DNA from: Escherichia phage ECO4
Strand: one strand, 5' to 3'
Sequence record: NC_054911.1
DNA length: 64,000 bases
This document shows positions 9,413 through 19,738 of this stretch, piece after piece. The notes beneath the pieces were generated by a model, which was not told the origin of the DNA, ran no database searches, and saw only the letters and a program-made list of their open reading frames with translations. The position numbers and the translations under genes are program-made. Each line of letters begins with the position of its first letter. Positions within the stretch are counted from its first letter, which is position 1.

Positions 9413-9970
9413 TTAAATGGAAAGATACCATCCGTTGTAGTTGCTTTTTCTTACAACCTTACGAAGGTCTTCTCTGTCACCGATGAACTTCGGAGTGTAC
9501 TGGATGACACCTGGATGAATTTCTTTAGTGTTGAATATAATTATACAGTCAGCGACTTGATGATTTAGAATGGGCCCTAGATTTATTCCAGAACCGTATG
9601 GATACTCTCCGCGGCATCCTGTTGTTACAGAAATCCAACGTGAGTCAGTTTGGTGTGTCTTAACTTCTACACGAAGCCCACAGTATTTTGGATGTGCTAA
9701 AACATCCCATGCATATGTGTACGGATCATCGACATCTTCTTGGCCTTTATTGACATATCCGCTTAGCCAATCTGCTACAAAAAACTCTGCGTACACAGCG
9801 ATACGGCATCTTTCGATAACTTCTGCCTTATCCTGATTTGGATTTTGTTTTAAAGAGTATCTTGCTGTATCAGCAATTTTGACCTTCATTTCACTAGTCA
9901 AGTCACTGTTCGATAGGGTAAATGTCGGAATCTGAAATAGTCTCTGTAAACCCGGATTCGTTTTCTGCAT
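9413..9970 (-). CDS. denB: Endonuclease IV DenB
   Basis: 185 aa, matches T4 DenB in length and sequence. Confidence 0.9.
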   Translation of the reverse strand: MQKTNPGLQRLFQIPTFTLSNSDLTSEMKVKIADTARYSLKQNPNQDKAEVIERCRIAVYAEFFVADWLSGYVNKGQEDVDDPYTYAWDVLAHPKYCGLRVEVKTHQTDSRWISVTTGCRGEYPYGSGINLGPILNHQVADCIIIFNTKEIHPGVIQYTPKFIGDREDLRKVVRKSNYNGWYLSI

Positions 9971-10036
9971 TAAACTTTCCTTTTACGTCGGAATCACTGA
10001 TGTTAATATAATAAATCATAGTTTCCCTTAAAACAA

Positions 10037-10052
10037 AAGGGCCGAAGCCCTT
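10037..10052 (-). terminator. Hairpin AAGGGCCGAAGCCCTT flanked by A-run and T-run (bidirectional terminator-like)
   Basis: GNRA-tetraloop stem between the 64-aa ORF and denB. Confidence 0.5.
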
Positions 10053-10056
10053 TACT

Positions 10057-10251
10057 TTATTTGAATTGTGCAATTCTTTTCTCTAAACAATCTGCGTAAG
10101 ATTTCATTGAGATGAACTGTGAAAGCAGCAGTTCTTGCTCAACTGCACTAACCGTTAGAAACTTTGTGCTTTCTAAAAATTTGCTCAGTGCATTAATTTT
10201 GAGCATTAATTGATCGTATTCTTCTTTTACTCGTGCTTGATAACCTAACAT
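10057..10251 (-). CDS. Hypothetical protein (64 aa)
   Basis: ORF between rIIB and denB. Confidence 0.55.
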   Translation of the reverse strand: MLGYQARVKEEYDQLMLKINALSKFLESTKFLTVSAVEQELLLSQFISMKSYADCLEKRIAQFK

Positions 10252-10263
10252 AATTTTCCTTAG

Positions 10264-10280
10264 TTAAGGGCCGAAGCCCT
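10264..10280 (-). other. Hairpin AAGGGCCGAAGCCCTTA at rIIB stop
   Basis: Same GGGCCGAAGCCC core as four other sites. Confidence 0.4.
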
Positions 10281-11218
10281 TATTTAAATTGTTCAGTAAC
10301 GTCTTCAACTACTTCGTATTGGCAGGTACGCATTTTAGCATCGTTGTAATCAATCGGAATTGATACTACATCACGTGGATGTACTTTAACTTTTACAACT
10401 CGGCTGGTTGAACTGCCAAAGTGACGAATATAAGATTTAGAACACACATGTAGACCACGAGAACAAGTTTGTGTATCATCGTCATTCACACGAGTACGCG
10501 ACATTTTAACTACTTTACCAGGACTGTTATCAAAAGTATTTGAATGGCAGTCAAAGTAATTACTGCGAACTACTTTCCAAGCATAGAAGTAACCATCTTC
10601 TGTAATTTCAATATCGTTTGCTACCAAGAAATCAAAGAGTCGAGATACCGCTTTCTGGCTTGGGTTTTCCAGCAGATTTTCCAAGAACGGAAAATAAAAT
10701 TCAAAGTTTTCACCTTTTTCCATCGAATCGAGAATACGATCAACTAAACCAGACCGTAATTCGATATTTTGATAGAACAAGCTTCCGCCTTCAATTCGAA
10801 CATCGCCGGAAATATATTTTTCAACAGCGCGACGAACATTAATTTTTTGTGCCGCTTCTTCCAACTTATCTGCTACAAGCAGATTAAGAATTTCCTGGAA
10901 GTTTGAATGAGTATTAGGAGTTGCGTTATAAGTTACACCGTCAACAGTAATTGAAATGAATTTTTTAGATGCATTCCAAATAATGTCAGATTTAGCAACT
11001 GGAGCAATAACTGCATCGCTATTAACTTTAATTGTAATATCACCGCTAATAGTAACTTTAGAGCGTTTAGCTTCTTCAGCATTTTTCAAAACACGACGAA
11101 TTGTGTCAACCGATACACCTTGCCAATCAGCCAATTCCTGTTGGGTGTAATTACCGCTTGAATACAATTTAACAATTTCAGCTTGTTCGTTTTTGGTCAG
11201 GCATTTAATATTGTACAT
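10280..11218 (-). CDS. rIIB: rIIB protein
   Basis: 312 aa, position and length match. Confidence 0.95.
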   Translation of the reverse strand: MYNIKCLTKNEQAEIVKLYSSGNYTQQELADWQGVSVDTIRRVLKNAEEAKRSKVTISGDITIKVNSDAVIAPVAKSDIIWNASKKFISITVDGVTYNATPNTHSNFQEILNLLVADKLEEAAQKINVRRAVEKYISGDVRIEGGSLFYQNIELRSGLVDRILDSMEKGENFEFYFPFLENLLENPSQKAVSRLFDFLVANDIEITEDGYFYAWKVVRSNYFDCHSNTFDNSPGKVVKMSRTRVNDDDTQTCSRGLHVCSKSYIRHFGSSTSRVVKVKVHPRDVVSIPIDYNDAKMRTCQYEVVEDVTEQFK

Positions 11219-11229
11219 AATTTTCCTTA

Positions 11230-13407
11230 TTAGGCCGCAAGGGCCTTCATAGTTTTAGCGATTTGGGAAACTTCATCATCACTCAAAGAGTTACGATAAC
11301 CGATGAAGTCGGAAACAATACGGAATTTCTTGGTAAACTCAGCAACCATTTTATCACTATTTTTTGAAGCATTACGTGATAATTCATCAAAGAGATTAGT
11401 TACTGTCCAGATATCATGACCGATGGTATCTTTTCCACCATTGAAATATACACCGCGTAATGAACTAACCATATTAGCGAGTCGTGTATATTCTTCAGAA
11501 ACTTCATCTGTACTGAAGTACTTCATCATAAAATCAAGTTCAGGATACTTGATAATTTTATCAATATATCGCTGAGCTGAACTTGAATAACCTACATACT
11601 TATCATAATCTACATCATCAAAAGCATCTACATATAAATCACGCAAAGCTTCAAAAATACATTGGCACTGACCGAGTTCTTTTACCTTTTTCTGCAAAAG
11701 CGGACGAATAACATAAAACTCATTAATGCCAATAAGATTAGCCATACGAATCAAAATATTCATAGATGGATGACAAAGAGATGTAGTACCATCCATAGAG
11801 AAAATATCAGAACGATGCATATACGCTACATACCCAGTAATTTCATCTGCTTCTGATGTGAGCGTAAATAATTCCTCTTTTTCCCAGCGCCCGTCTTTAA
11901 TTTCAAACTTAAATGCTGTAGCAGCTTTAGGACGAGGAGCTTTACTTTTAACTACCTTTGGAATATAGCTTTTAACTAAAGCTTCAATTTCTGACAAATA
12001 ATGAATGTTAACTTCATCACTTTCAAACATTGCCATAATATCAGGTAGTAAATCAATCTGCGATTCTACTTCCGGATTAATAAACAGAAGACGCTCATTG
12101 TGATGAATATTTAAAGTGTTATTAAATTCACTATCATCTAGCGCATGTGCTAATCCACGGACAATATTAACACGATTTTTAATATTATCAATAACGATAT
12201 TAATTTTTGTTGTATTAATACCAAACAGACGATAACTTGATGCAACGGCTGAAGTTTCATGACTTTGCTTAATGCGTTTCAGTCGAGGGTCAAGATTTAC
12301 TTCATACACCACGCCTGCATTACATAACTTACTGTCAGGTTCAAACATGCTCTGCATCTTTTTATATGACAGATTTTTAGTCGTGAATTTGACTGAATTA
12401 CTAATCATATAATCTCGAGCAGAATACCCCATCTTCATCAATTCACGATATGTGTGACGGGGAGATGTAGATTCTTTAAATCGTTTTACATCTTCATTAA
12501 ATGCTTTCTCACTAAGCTCTTTAACTCGTTCAATAATATTTTTACGAGTACGATCATCCAATGAAAGAGCTTCACGTGATGGAGCAATATCAAGTGAACC
12601 CATTGGAAACTTAATGTAATTTACTTCATTGCGAATGCTTAGCCAGTTACGGTCTCTAATAACACCATCGATAGGATAAACAATACCGCCATAGATAGCA
12701 TATAATCCACCACGATCAGGCCAGTATCTTTCTGGATTTACACCGTAATAATCATCAAAATCCGGAAAATAATCAATTTCGCGGTCAAGACCATTAATAA
12801 TAGCCAAATCTTTGAACGGTCGCATGATATAAGAAACTTCATAAGCAAAGTTTCTAAAGTCTTTTTCTTCAACTGGAACTACGATTTCAATACCAGTTTT
12901 ATCATCTGGACCCATTTCTTTTACGAATGTAGGTTTAATCTGTGGGCCATCACCATCCATGTAAGCTACATAACCACGAATTTCACCTTTATGATACGAA
13001 GTAATACTAAACGTATCAGTATAACTAAACGGAGATTTAGAACCTAAACCAAATCCGCCAATGAAATCGTTAGATTCAGCCTTAGATGAACTGAAGTATG
13101 AATTATACAAACCAGGAGAATTATCATCACCCTGAATATCAAAATCACTCATACCCGGACCAAAATCTCGGCAAACAAATCGTGGATCTAAACGTCCAGG
13201 AACTTGAATGATAAATTTTTCAGGATTTCCATTGAGAGCATGGGCATCAATCATGTTGGTAATCAATTCACGAACAACTGCGCGAATTTTGTTTGTATAC
13301 AAATCAGATGACAGAATTTTAAATACTTTAGGAGATGCTGTGATGCTAAATGCTTTTGATTTAGAACCATTACCAAGAATTGTTTCTTTTTCAGTGGTGA
13401 TAATCAT
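11230..13407 (-). CDS. rIIA: rIIA protein
   Basis: 725 aa, GHKL ATPase-like N-terminus. Confidence 0.95.
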   Translation of the reverse strand: MIITTEKETILGNGSKSKAFSITASPKVFKILSSDLYTNKIRAVVRELITNMIDAHALNGNPEKFIIQVPGRLDPRFVCRDFGPGMSDFDIQGDDNSPGLYNSYFSSSKAESNDFIGGFGLGSKSPFSYTDTFSITSYHKGEIRGYVAYMDGDGPQIKPTFVKEMGPDDKTGIEIVVPVEEKDFRNFAYEVSYIMRPFKDLAIINGLDREIDYFPDFDDYYGVNPERYWPDRGGLYAIYGGIVYPIDGVIRDRNWLSIRNEVNYIKFPMGSLDIAPSREALSLDDRTRKNIIERVKELSEKAFNEDVKRFKESTSPRHTYRELMKMGYSARDYMISNSVKFTTKNLSYKKMQSMFEPDSKLCNAGVVYEVNLDPRLKRIKQSHETSAVASSYRLFGINTTKINIVIDNIKNRVNIVRGLAHALDDSEFNNTLNIHHNERLLFINPEVESQIDLLPDIMAMFESDEVNIHYLSEIEALVKSYIPKVVKSKAPRPKAATAFKFEIKDGRWEKEELFTLTSEADEITGYVAYMHRSDIFSMDGTTSLCHPSMNILIRMANLIGINEFYVIRPLLQKKVKELGQCQCIFEALRDLYVDAFDDVDYDKYVGYSSSAQRYIDKIIKYPELDFMMKYFSTDEVSEEYTRLANMVSSLRGVYFNGGKDTIGHDIWTVTNLFDELSRNASKNSDKMVAEFTKKFRIVSDFIGYRNSLSDDEVSQIAKTMKALAA

Positions 13408-13417
13408 AATTTCCTCA

Positions 13418-13621
13418 TTAATTCATATTACGCTTAATAACTTCAGCAACTTCTAGTAGTTCATCTTTAGTTGCGGTGTCGGATTGAATTTTATCTCTAA
13501 TATCTTTAAAGCGGTTTTTAAATTCTTCGGCTTCTCCCATATCGAAAAAGCGTTGAATGATTCTATATTCTCGATGAACTGCTTTATCAAAAAGTTCTAA
13601 ATTTACTTTATATGATTTCAT
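13418..13621 (-). CDS. Hypothetical protein rIIA.1-like (67 aa)
   Basis: ORF directly upstream of rIIA. Confidence 0.65.
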   Translation of the reverse strand: MKSYKVNLELFDKAVHREYRIIQRFFDMGEAEEFKNRFKDIRDKIQSDTATKDELLEVAEVIKRNMN

Positions 13622-13646
13622 TCCAATATCCTCATTTGCCCAATTA

Positions 13647-13676
13647 ATTATACCACATCCTTGTGGTAAAGTAAAC
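13647..13676 (-). promoter_or_regulatory. T4-type early promoter (GTTTAC, 18 nt, TATAAT with TGG prefix)
   Basis: Minus strand GTTTACTTTACCACAAGGATGTGGTATAAT. Confidence 0.6.
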
Positions 13677-15496
13677 TACTGGCTCATCCATTCTTTACGA
13701 AGGTCAGCATTATCTCCCATGAGCATTTCAAAAAGCTCTTTCCAGTTCTCAGGAAGTTTAACAACATCATATACTGGGTTTTGAATCATCTCACGATATT
13801 CAGATTTTTCCAAAGAGCCAAGTCCCTTAATATAACGGATGCTATGTTTAGGTAGAGCATCTTTGGCACTCTCATATTCAGCGACTGTATAAAACCATTC
13901 TTGTTTTTTACCGACCTGAGCGATGATTACAGGAGTTTTGACAAAGCGAATTCTTCCTTGTTCAAACAGTTCTGGCCAATTACTAAAAAATCCGAGCAGA
14001 GAAGGATAAATGCTTCCTAAACCATCATGGTCAGCATCGGTCATAATAGCAATATTATGATAATTCAAGTTTTCAGCTTTTTCACCAAGAACTAATCCAG
14101 TGATTGCGCAAATATCAAATAGTTCTTTGTTTTTAAGCATATCAGCATATGACATACCCCAACTGTTGAGAACTTTACCACGCAATGGATAACCACCATG
14201 AAGTTCTTTATCACGAACATCAATAAGATATCCGATAGCAGAATCACCCTCAGTCAAGAAAAGAGTAGTGTCAGCATCTTTACCGCAAAGATTCGCTTTG
14301 ATATGTTTATGAACTTTAGCTTTAGAAGCCTTTTTAGCTGCTTTAGTTTCTGCTGCTTTTTCTGCTGCTAATTTACGTGCTAAAGCAGCTTCAATAATCG
14401 GCATTAAAGTTGCTTCATTATTTAGAATAGCGCGTGAAATCTTTTTAGCATCAAGCTGAATATGACTACGAATTTCGCCAAATGGAGAAGTCAAACGCTC
14501 TTTAGTTTGAGAATCAAATCGCATGTTTTTCATATCACGGACAAACATAACGATAGTCAAACATTCTTTGACACGTGCTTTAGTGACATCAATTTTGAAC
14601 TTACGTTTGATTTGTGGAATAAGGTCTTCACAAATATCATCCATAACGCAGTCAATGTGATGGCCACCATTCTTAGTATGAATGTTATTGACGTATGTTA
14701 ATTGACGAAAACCATCCGGTGAACGACCAACCGCAATAGAACAATTTTCTTGTTCTTGAACAATAGCATGCTCATCATATTGGCGTGCATATTTCTTAAA
14801 ATTGCCCTGAACCTTTTTACCATTAAAGGTAAATTGAATATCAGGATAAACGACAGCAAGTGTCTGGAGACGATCCAGTGTAATGTCAAGATAAACCTGA
14901 GACAGCTCATTAGTTTCAAATGACATAAAATCAGGAATGAAAGTAACACGAGTTCCTTTCCATTTTCCAGGAATAGTTTCCCAGGATTTATTTTCCATAC
15001 CATTTGAACAACGAACTACAATATTATTTTGACCATCGCCAGTTTCACCGACAAACATCACAGAAAAAATGTTTGTCAAACTAGAACCAACACCATTCAT
15101 ACCACCGGTGACGCGTTCTTTATCATCACCGAAGTTACCACCTGCTTTTGGAATAGTCCAGGCAGCAACAGGACCAGGAATTTCTTCACCGGTAGGTGTT
15201 TTAACCATCGCTTGTGGAATACCGCGACCGTTATCTTCAACTGTTACCTGATTATTTTTAATGGTAACATTAATTTTATTCGCGAATTTAAACTTAGTAC
15301 GAATACCTTCATCTACTGAGTTATCGATAATTTCATCAATAAGCTTAACAAGACCAGGTACATACTGAACACTTTCCCATTTACCAAACAGAAAGCGCTC
15401 ATGCATTTCATTAGCAGAAGAGCCAATATACATGCCGCTACGCTTTTTGATATGTTCAATATCGCTCAGAATTTTAATTTCATTCTTAATCATCAC
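13676..15496 (-). CDS. 39: DNA topoisomerase II large subunit gp39, uninterrupted
   Basis: 606 aa GyrB-like ATPase plus toprim; one continuous ORF, no separate gene 60 or homing endonuclease. Confidence 0.95.
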   Translation of the reverse strand: MMIKNEIKILSDIEHIKKRSGMYIGSSANEMHERFLFGKWESVQYVPGLVKLIDEIIDNSVDEGIRTKFKFANKINVTIKNNQVTVEDNGRGIPQAMVKTPTGEEIPGPVAAWTIPKAGGNFGDDKERVTGGMNGVGSSLTNIFSVMFVGETGDGQNNIVVRCSNGMENKSWETIPGKWKGTRVTFIPDFMSFETNELSQVYLDITLDRLQTLAVVYPDIQFTFNGKKVQGNFKKYARQYDEHAIVQEQENCSIAVGRSPDGFRQLTYVNNIHTKNGGHHIDCVMDDICEDLIPQIKRKFKIDVTKARVKECLTIVMFVRDMKNMRFDSQTKERLTSPFGEIRSHIQLDAKKISRAILNNEATLMPIIEAALARKLAAEKAAETKAAKKASKAKVHKHIKANLCGKDADTTLFLTEGDSAIGYLIDVRDKELHGGYPLRGKVLNSWGMSYADMLKNKELFDICAITGLVLGEKAENLNYHNIAIMTDADHDGLGSIYPSLLGFFSNWPELFEQGRIRFVKTPVIIAQVGKKQEWFYTVAEYESAKDALPKHSIRYIKGLGSLEKSEYREMIQNPVYDVVKLPENWKELFEMLMGDNADLRKEWMSQ

Positions 15497-15547
15497 TTAT
15501 CCTCGTTTGGTTTCGGGAATATTATACTCCGGCAATCATAAAGCTAA

Positions 15548-15565
15548 AGGCCCGAAGGCCTTTTA
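15548..15565 (-). terminator. Hairpin AGGCC-CGAA-GGCCT flanked by A/T runs
   Basis: Stem-loop overlapping the stop of the 89-aa ORF. Confidence 0.4.
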
Positions 15566-15832
15566 TTTAAAACGAATAGTTGAATCCTTAAAGAACAGCC
15601 CAGAACATACTGTTCCTTCTACTTTCTGCCCAGTAGGTCCAATAGCACGAAATCCAGTATGTTGGAAATCATTTTCAGAGCAACCGAACCAGTTATATCC
15701 AGTGATTTCAATATTCGTAAAACCACTCGATGATAAAATTTTAGTTGCATTATCAGCATCAGTACATCCTACTAAAGATACTGCTAATACTAATGCTGCA
15801 ATAGAACGATTAATATATTTCATAGTTTTCAC
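15563..15832 (-). CDS. Putative lipoprotein (89 aa)
   Basis: Signal peptide with lipobox LVGC. Confidence 0.6.
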   Translation of the reverse strand: MKTMKYINRSIAALVLAVSLVGCTDADNATKILSSSGFTNIEITGYNWFGCSENDFQHTGFRAIGPTGQKVEGTVCSGLFFKDSTIRFK

Positions 15833-15856
15833 TTAAATTTAATGGCTTGAAGGAGA

Positions 15857-16204
15857 CTAATAATTCTCAAACGGCTTTCTTTCATCTTTAACTGTAAAAG
15901 AAAGAGGGTCGCCAGATTTCATAGTGATAGTGCATTCAAAATCAAAATCTTCAGGAACTTCTTCGAAGAAGTCAAATTCTTCATCATAAATTAGAACTTC
16001 ACTCCGCAGACTGTGAAGAATTTTTCCAGCATTTCTGCTAGTTGCTGTACTAATCATTGTAACATTATGACCTTTCATATCTTCAACGATAAATTCGCTT
16101 GTAGATATTACGGCATTAATAGAACCATTCCTATTACTAGCAGAAAGTAGATATTTCTTTTCTTCACCTTCGCGAACACGATATTTCTTACCGATTTTAA
16201 ACAT
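15857..16204 (-). CDS. Hypothetical protein (115 aa)
   Basis: ATG 16204; listed ORF start 16210 is GTG overlapping the upstream stop. Confidence 0.55.
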   Translation of the reverse strand: MFKIGKKYRVREGEEKKYLLSASNRNGSINAVISTSEFIVEDMKGHNVTMISTATSRNAGKILHSLRSEVLIYDEEFDFFEEVPEDFDFECTITMKSGDPLSFTVKDERKPFENY

Positions 16205-16206
16205 AA

Positions 16207-16383
16207 TCACCCTTTAAGTAAATCGTAAAAACCGCCATTCACATGCTTAGGAGCAGAAGGCCGACGAGTAGACAAACGATGACATTTAGGGCAAACATCA
16301 TTTTCTCGTTCAGAAATCTTTTTAATTTTTTCATATTCATGCCCGCAATCTTCGGATTGGCATTTATAATCATACATTGGCAT
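16207..16383 (-). CDS. Small zinc-ribbon protein (58 aa, CxxC...CxxC)
   Basis: MPMYDYKCQSEDCGHEYEKIKKISERENDVCPKCH...; stop overlaps next start. Confidence 0.45.
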   Translation of the reverse strand: MPMYDYKCQSEDCGHEYEKIKKISERENDVCPKCHRLSTRRPSAPKHVNGGFYDLLKG

Positions 16384-16385
16384 AA

Positions 16386-16799
16386 TTATTCCTTAAAGTG
16401 TGCTTTCAACATCTGATACAAAGACCATGCCTGTTCATTATTTTCAATAGTAACTTTCATGACGGGAAATTCTGTGAAATCTTCTATCTGTTCTTGCTCT
16501 TCCTGCTCTTCAGCAGCCTGATATGGATTTTCCACTTCATTGAAGAACTCGGCTTCGTTGGTAGAAAGCCAGATAAAGTTTTCGTCAATGACTGTACCTT
16601 GTGTTGAATATCCAACTATGCCAGTAGATGTCACAATTTTAGTAGGACGCCCGTAATAGTCAACATCTAAAATTTTAAAAGGTTCCATACCTAAACGCCG
16701 CGCATAGATTCCGTTATCAGTATGGTCTTTAATAAAAGATTCTTGAGCTTGTTTATTTTTAAATTGATACCATTTATTAACTTCAAATTTAATAGCCAT
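16386..16799 (-). CDS. Hypothetical protein (137 aa), goF-position
   Basis: ORF; acidic C-terminus. Confidence 0.6.
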   Translation of the reverse strand: MAIKFEVNKWYQFKNKQAQESFIKDHTDNGIYARRLGMEPFKILDVDYYGRPTKIVTSTGIVGYSTQGTVIDENFIWLSTNEAEFFNEVENPYQAAEEQEEQEQIEDFTEFPVMKVTIENNEQAWSLYQMLKAHFKE

Positions 16800-17014
16800 T
16801 AATAAATTTCCTTCCAGTAAGTTGTACCGTCTTCAGTGATTTCACGGAATACACCATAAATCGGTTGTTTATCACCGACTTTCTCATACACATAAACCGA
16901 AGTCAAGTGAGTAAACTTAACGGTATGTTCCTTTTGAACCACTACCAAATCTGGATCAAATAATACATCTTCAAATTCGTCATTAGTGCAATTCTGAACA
17001 ATTTTACGTTTCAT
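16799..17014 (-). CDS. Hypothetical protein (71 aa), cef-position
   Basis: ORF; size matches T4 cef from memory, not verified. Confidence 0.55.
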   Translation of the reverse strand: MKRKIVQNCTNDEFEDVLFDPDLVVVQKEHTVKFTHLTSVYVYEKVGDKQPIYGVFREITEDGTTYWKEIY

Positions 17015-17027
17015 TACAATTTCCTCA

Positions 17028-17297
17028 TTAATTAAACAGTGGAGCGATACGTTTCAGAAGAGTAGCAGCACCTTTGGCGAATTTTACATCATGAAAAACA
17101 GTTTCTTCTTCCGTTACAACACGAACTTTAATGTTTTCACAATCCCAATTTTTACGAACAATCTTCAAAAGCTGCAGTAAATCTTTACATTCAGCAATAT
17201 CGATAACACATCCACGAGAATCTTCCATTATAGCACGATAACCGTAAGCCATACCATAATCGTTGAAAGATTGCTCGATGATAATTAAGTTTTCCAT
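17028..17297 (-). CDS. Hypothetical protein (89 aa)
   Basis: SD GGAGAATAAA before ATG 17297. Confidence 0.55.
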   Translation of the reverse strand: MENLIIIEQSFNDYGMAYGYRAIMEDSRGCVIDIAECKDLLQLLKIVRKNWDCENIKVRVVTEEETVFHDVKFAKGAATLLKRIAPLFN

Positions 17298-17321
17298 TTT
17301 ATTCTCCAAGTTGTTTTCTGT

Positions 17322-17364
17322 ATCAGTAGTTGATATTGATATAGTACCATAATCAACTACTGAT
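17322..17364 (-). repeat. Perfect 13-bp inverted repeat (ATCAGTAGTTGAT / ATCAACTACTGAT) flanking a -10-like TGGTACTAT core
   Basis: Seen directly; 17-nt spacer; no GTTTAC -35 in this copy. Confidence 0.7.
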
Positions 17365-17374
17365 GTATATAGTT

Positions 17375-17872
17375 TTATGAAAAAATTTTAAACTTTATGC
17401 ATAGAGAGTGTTTAATCCAACTTTCAGGAATGACTTTGTATGTTCCTAAAAATACCACGTTGTACAACTTAACGCCATCTTCTACCCATTGATCGGTAAT
17501 GTATCCACACATAGCGCGAGTATAAACAGCCTTTCCATCATCTTTGATAAATTTAAATTCGCAAGGAGCAATGAACTTAATAGCTTGACCGAGTTTCCAC
17601 TTAAAGTCTACACCTACATGCGAAGTATCAATCGTTTCAATTCCTTTAGCGGGAACAGCTTTCAAAAACGCAGATTCAAGAAATTTCGCACGAACATAGC
17701 CAAACTGAGGTTTAGACTTTCCATCTTTAGGAATGATACGCACTTTTACTTCAGAATCTTCATCTTTAACACCATGCTTAAGCTGAATGCTTACAATTTC
17801 GACCAATTTTCCTGCTGCTTTAGAACGGGATTTATTAGATACACGAGCAATTTCACCAATATTAATAATCAT
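17375..17872 (-). CDS. Hypothetical protein (165 aa), motB-region paralog A
   Basis: Shares C-terminal motif TDQWVEDGVKLYNVVF with the next ORF. Confidence 0.65.
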   Translation of the reverse strand: MIINIGEIARVSNKSRSKAAGKLVEIVSIQLKHGVKDEDSEVKVRIIPKDGKSKPQFGYVRAKFLESAFLKAVPAKGIETIDTSHVGVDFKWKLGQAIKFIAPCEFKFIKDDGKAVYTRAMCGYITDQWVEDGVKLYNVVFLGTYKVIPESWIKHSLCIKFKIFS

Positions 17873-17914
17873 AGTTATCTCTCACTTGTTAAAAAGATTT
17901 TATACTCCACAGGA

Positions 17915-17946
17915 CCATTATACTCTGGTCCCAAGAGTTTGTAAAC
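17915..17946 (-). promoter_or_regulatory. T4-type early promoter (GTTTAC, 18 nt, TATAAT with GAG prefix)
   Basis: Minus strand GTTTACAAACTCTTGGGACCAGAGTATAATGG. Confidence 0.55.
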
Positions 17947-17948
17947 TA

Positions 17949-18488
17949 TTAATTCAAAATAGCTACCACTGCACTACGAGGTACTACACTAAAATCACCT
18001 GCATGAACAACGTTCAGAAGTTCAACACCATCTTCAATCCATTGGTCTGTTACCCATCCACAGACCGAAATAAATGGAGTCTTGATAGCTACCGCACGAG
18101 TTAGAAGGTCAGTAGGATCGCATTCTTGAAAGAGGATGAACTCTGCTTCAAAAACTATAGTTTTAATTACTTCATCATTATCTAAACGGCGTACTCGAAT
18201 CACGTAAGCTTTATTCTTATCATACCAGTTACTTTTTGAAAAGCTTTTAACCACAAACTCGCCTTCACCAAAAACATTAGTCAATGCTTTATAACCCAAA
18301 TTTAGTTCAGTAGTTTTAATTTCAGTTTCAACCAGTTTGTAGGTTTTGCCGATTTCAATAGCGGTAGTCATAGTAGGTTCCTTAATTTCCAGTGGTTTAA
18401 CAGGGCATACATAAGTGCTTACAACATCAAAATCAATCAGTTTAGCTACCGGATTTGGTATGTATTCAGGATCATAATTAAATTTCAT
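17949..18488 (-). CDS. Hypothetical protein (179 aa), motB-region paralog B
   Basis: C-terminal motif VTDQWIEDGVELLNVVHAG shared with 17375..17872. Confidence 0.65.
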   Translation of the reverse strand: MKFNYDPEYIPNPVAKLIDFDVVSTYVCPVKPLEIKEPTMTTAIEIGKTYKLVETEIKTTELNLGYKALTNVFGEGEFVVKSFSKSNWYDKNKAYVIRVRRLDNDEVIKTIVFEAEFILFQECDPTDLLTRAVAIKTPFISVCGWVTDQWIEDGVELLNVVHAGDFSVVPRSAVVAILN

Positions 18489-18490
18489 AA

Positions 18491-18991
18491 TTATCTCATT
18501 TCAATAAAATCTACGAGTTCAGCATGCGATTTGCGGAACATTACTTGATGCCCACCAATGATAACTTCATCTTCAGGAACTTCGTATACAGCGAGATAAA
18601 ATCCTTTAGAAGATAATTCTTCCCGCTCTTCTCGTGTGAACCATCTCATCATATCATATTCGCTAGCGAAAGCAAAATGATAAAGAGCTATAAACCATCC
18701 TGGAATATGATATTCTACTCCAACATAATCTTTCTTGAACTTAGTATTAATTACTATATTAGCGTTTTTAACTAATAGTTTATCTTCGTGTGGTAAAGGA
18801 ATTCTTTTATTATTATCGCTATGATGCATAAAATTAGGTCTGTCATAACCTACGTGTAATAGCCACTCTTCGCTACATGAATCTATTATACTCCTGTACG
18901 GCGTTATTTGAACACAAAGATTTCGACGTATTGTTATAGCATCTTCATAATCAAGAATACTAAACGATGATTCAACACGATAAATTTTCAT
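18491..18991 (-). CDS. Hypothetical protein (166 aa)
   Basis: ATG 18991 with SD GAGGATAATAAA; the longer listed form would overlap the promoter. Confidence 0.6.
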   Translation of the reverse strand: MKIYRVESSFSILDYEDAITIRRNLCVQITPYRSIIDSCSEEWLLHVGYDRPNFMHHSDNNKRIPLPHEDKLLVKNANIVINTKFKKDYVGVEYHIPGWFIALYHFAFASEYDMMRWFTREEREELSSKGFYLAVYEVPEDEVIIGGHQVMFRKSHAELVDFIEMR

Positions 18992-19014
18992 TTTATTATC
19001 CTCAGTAGCTATGG

Positions 19015-19048
19015 TGTTATAATACCACAACTAACCGAGGAAGTAAAC
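19015..19048 (-). promoter_or_regulatory. T4-type early promoter-like element
   Basis: GTTTAC ... GTGGTATTATAAC on minus strand. Confidence 0.45.
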
Positions 19049-19054
19049 AACTTT

Positions 19055-19738
19055 TTATCGTTTTGTTGGAAGAGACAGAGGATCGCAATCTTCCTCTGAC
19101 GGAGCATCTTCAAGACCCATAGCGTATCGCAAAGCATACTTCATCATCAGGATGTCTTTCGCACAGTCATGAATAGAATCATGTGCAACGAATCCATCTA
19201 AAGTTCCCTTTGGAAGAGGACACGCGGTCATATCACGAACAAGGAGAAGTGCTTCAATTCTGGTACGAATATCACGCTGATTCCAGAATTTACATGGTTC
19301 TAACTTAAATGTATCAAGCTCATTTTCGGAAACGCCGTTAAGACGTTGAATATCACGAATGAGATCGACTAAAATTGGAAAATCAAACGACATTCCACGG
19401 CACCAGCCTTGAGATTTCCAAGGATCGATATTATGTGCATTGATGTAATCATTAAATTTTGCAATACCATCGATGGTGCTTACATCTTCATCTGATGGTG
19501 CAATATTTTTTCGAGCTTCAGGGGATTGATTCTTCCACCATTCGATAGTACTTTTAGTAAAAAGACGATGTCCTTTTTGGCTTTTTAAATCAAATTTGAT
19601 TTTAATGCCACGTGAAACTAATTCATCAAATGTTTCAACGACTTCTGGATTAGGGTCAAAAGCAATTACAGCTAAATCAATAACAGCTGCCTTTTCGCCG
19701 CTTCCCATTGTTTCAAAATCTATAATAAAATCAAACAT
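19055..19738 (-). CDS. dexA: Exonuclease A (DnaQ-like 3'-5' exonuclease)
   Basis: 227 aa, matches T4 DexA. Confidence 0.9.
   Translation of the reverse strand: MFDFIIDFETMGSGEKAAVIDLAVIAFDPNPEVVETFDELVSRGIKIKFDLKSQKGHRLFTKSTIEWWKNQSPEARKNIAPSDEDVSTIDGIAKFNDYINAHNIDPWKSQGWCRGMSFDFPILVDLIRDIQRLNGVSENELDTFKLEPCKFWNQRDIRTRIEALLLVRDMTACPLPKGTLDGFVAHDSIHDCAKDILMMKYALRYAMGLEDAPSEEDCDPLSLPTKR

Noticed and set aside
11222-11236. Hairpin AGGCC-GCAAG-GGCCT between rIIA and rIIB as a terminator
   Set aside because: Overlaps the rIIA stop and rIIB start region with no U-run; more likely local secondary structure than a terminator
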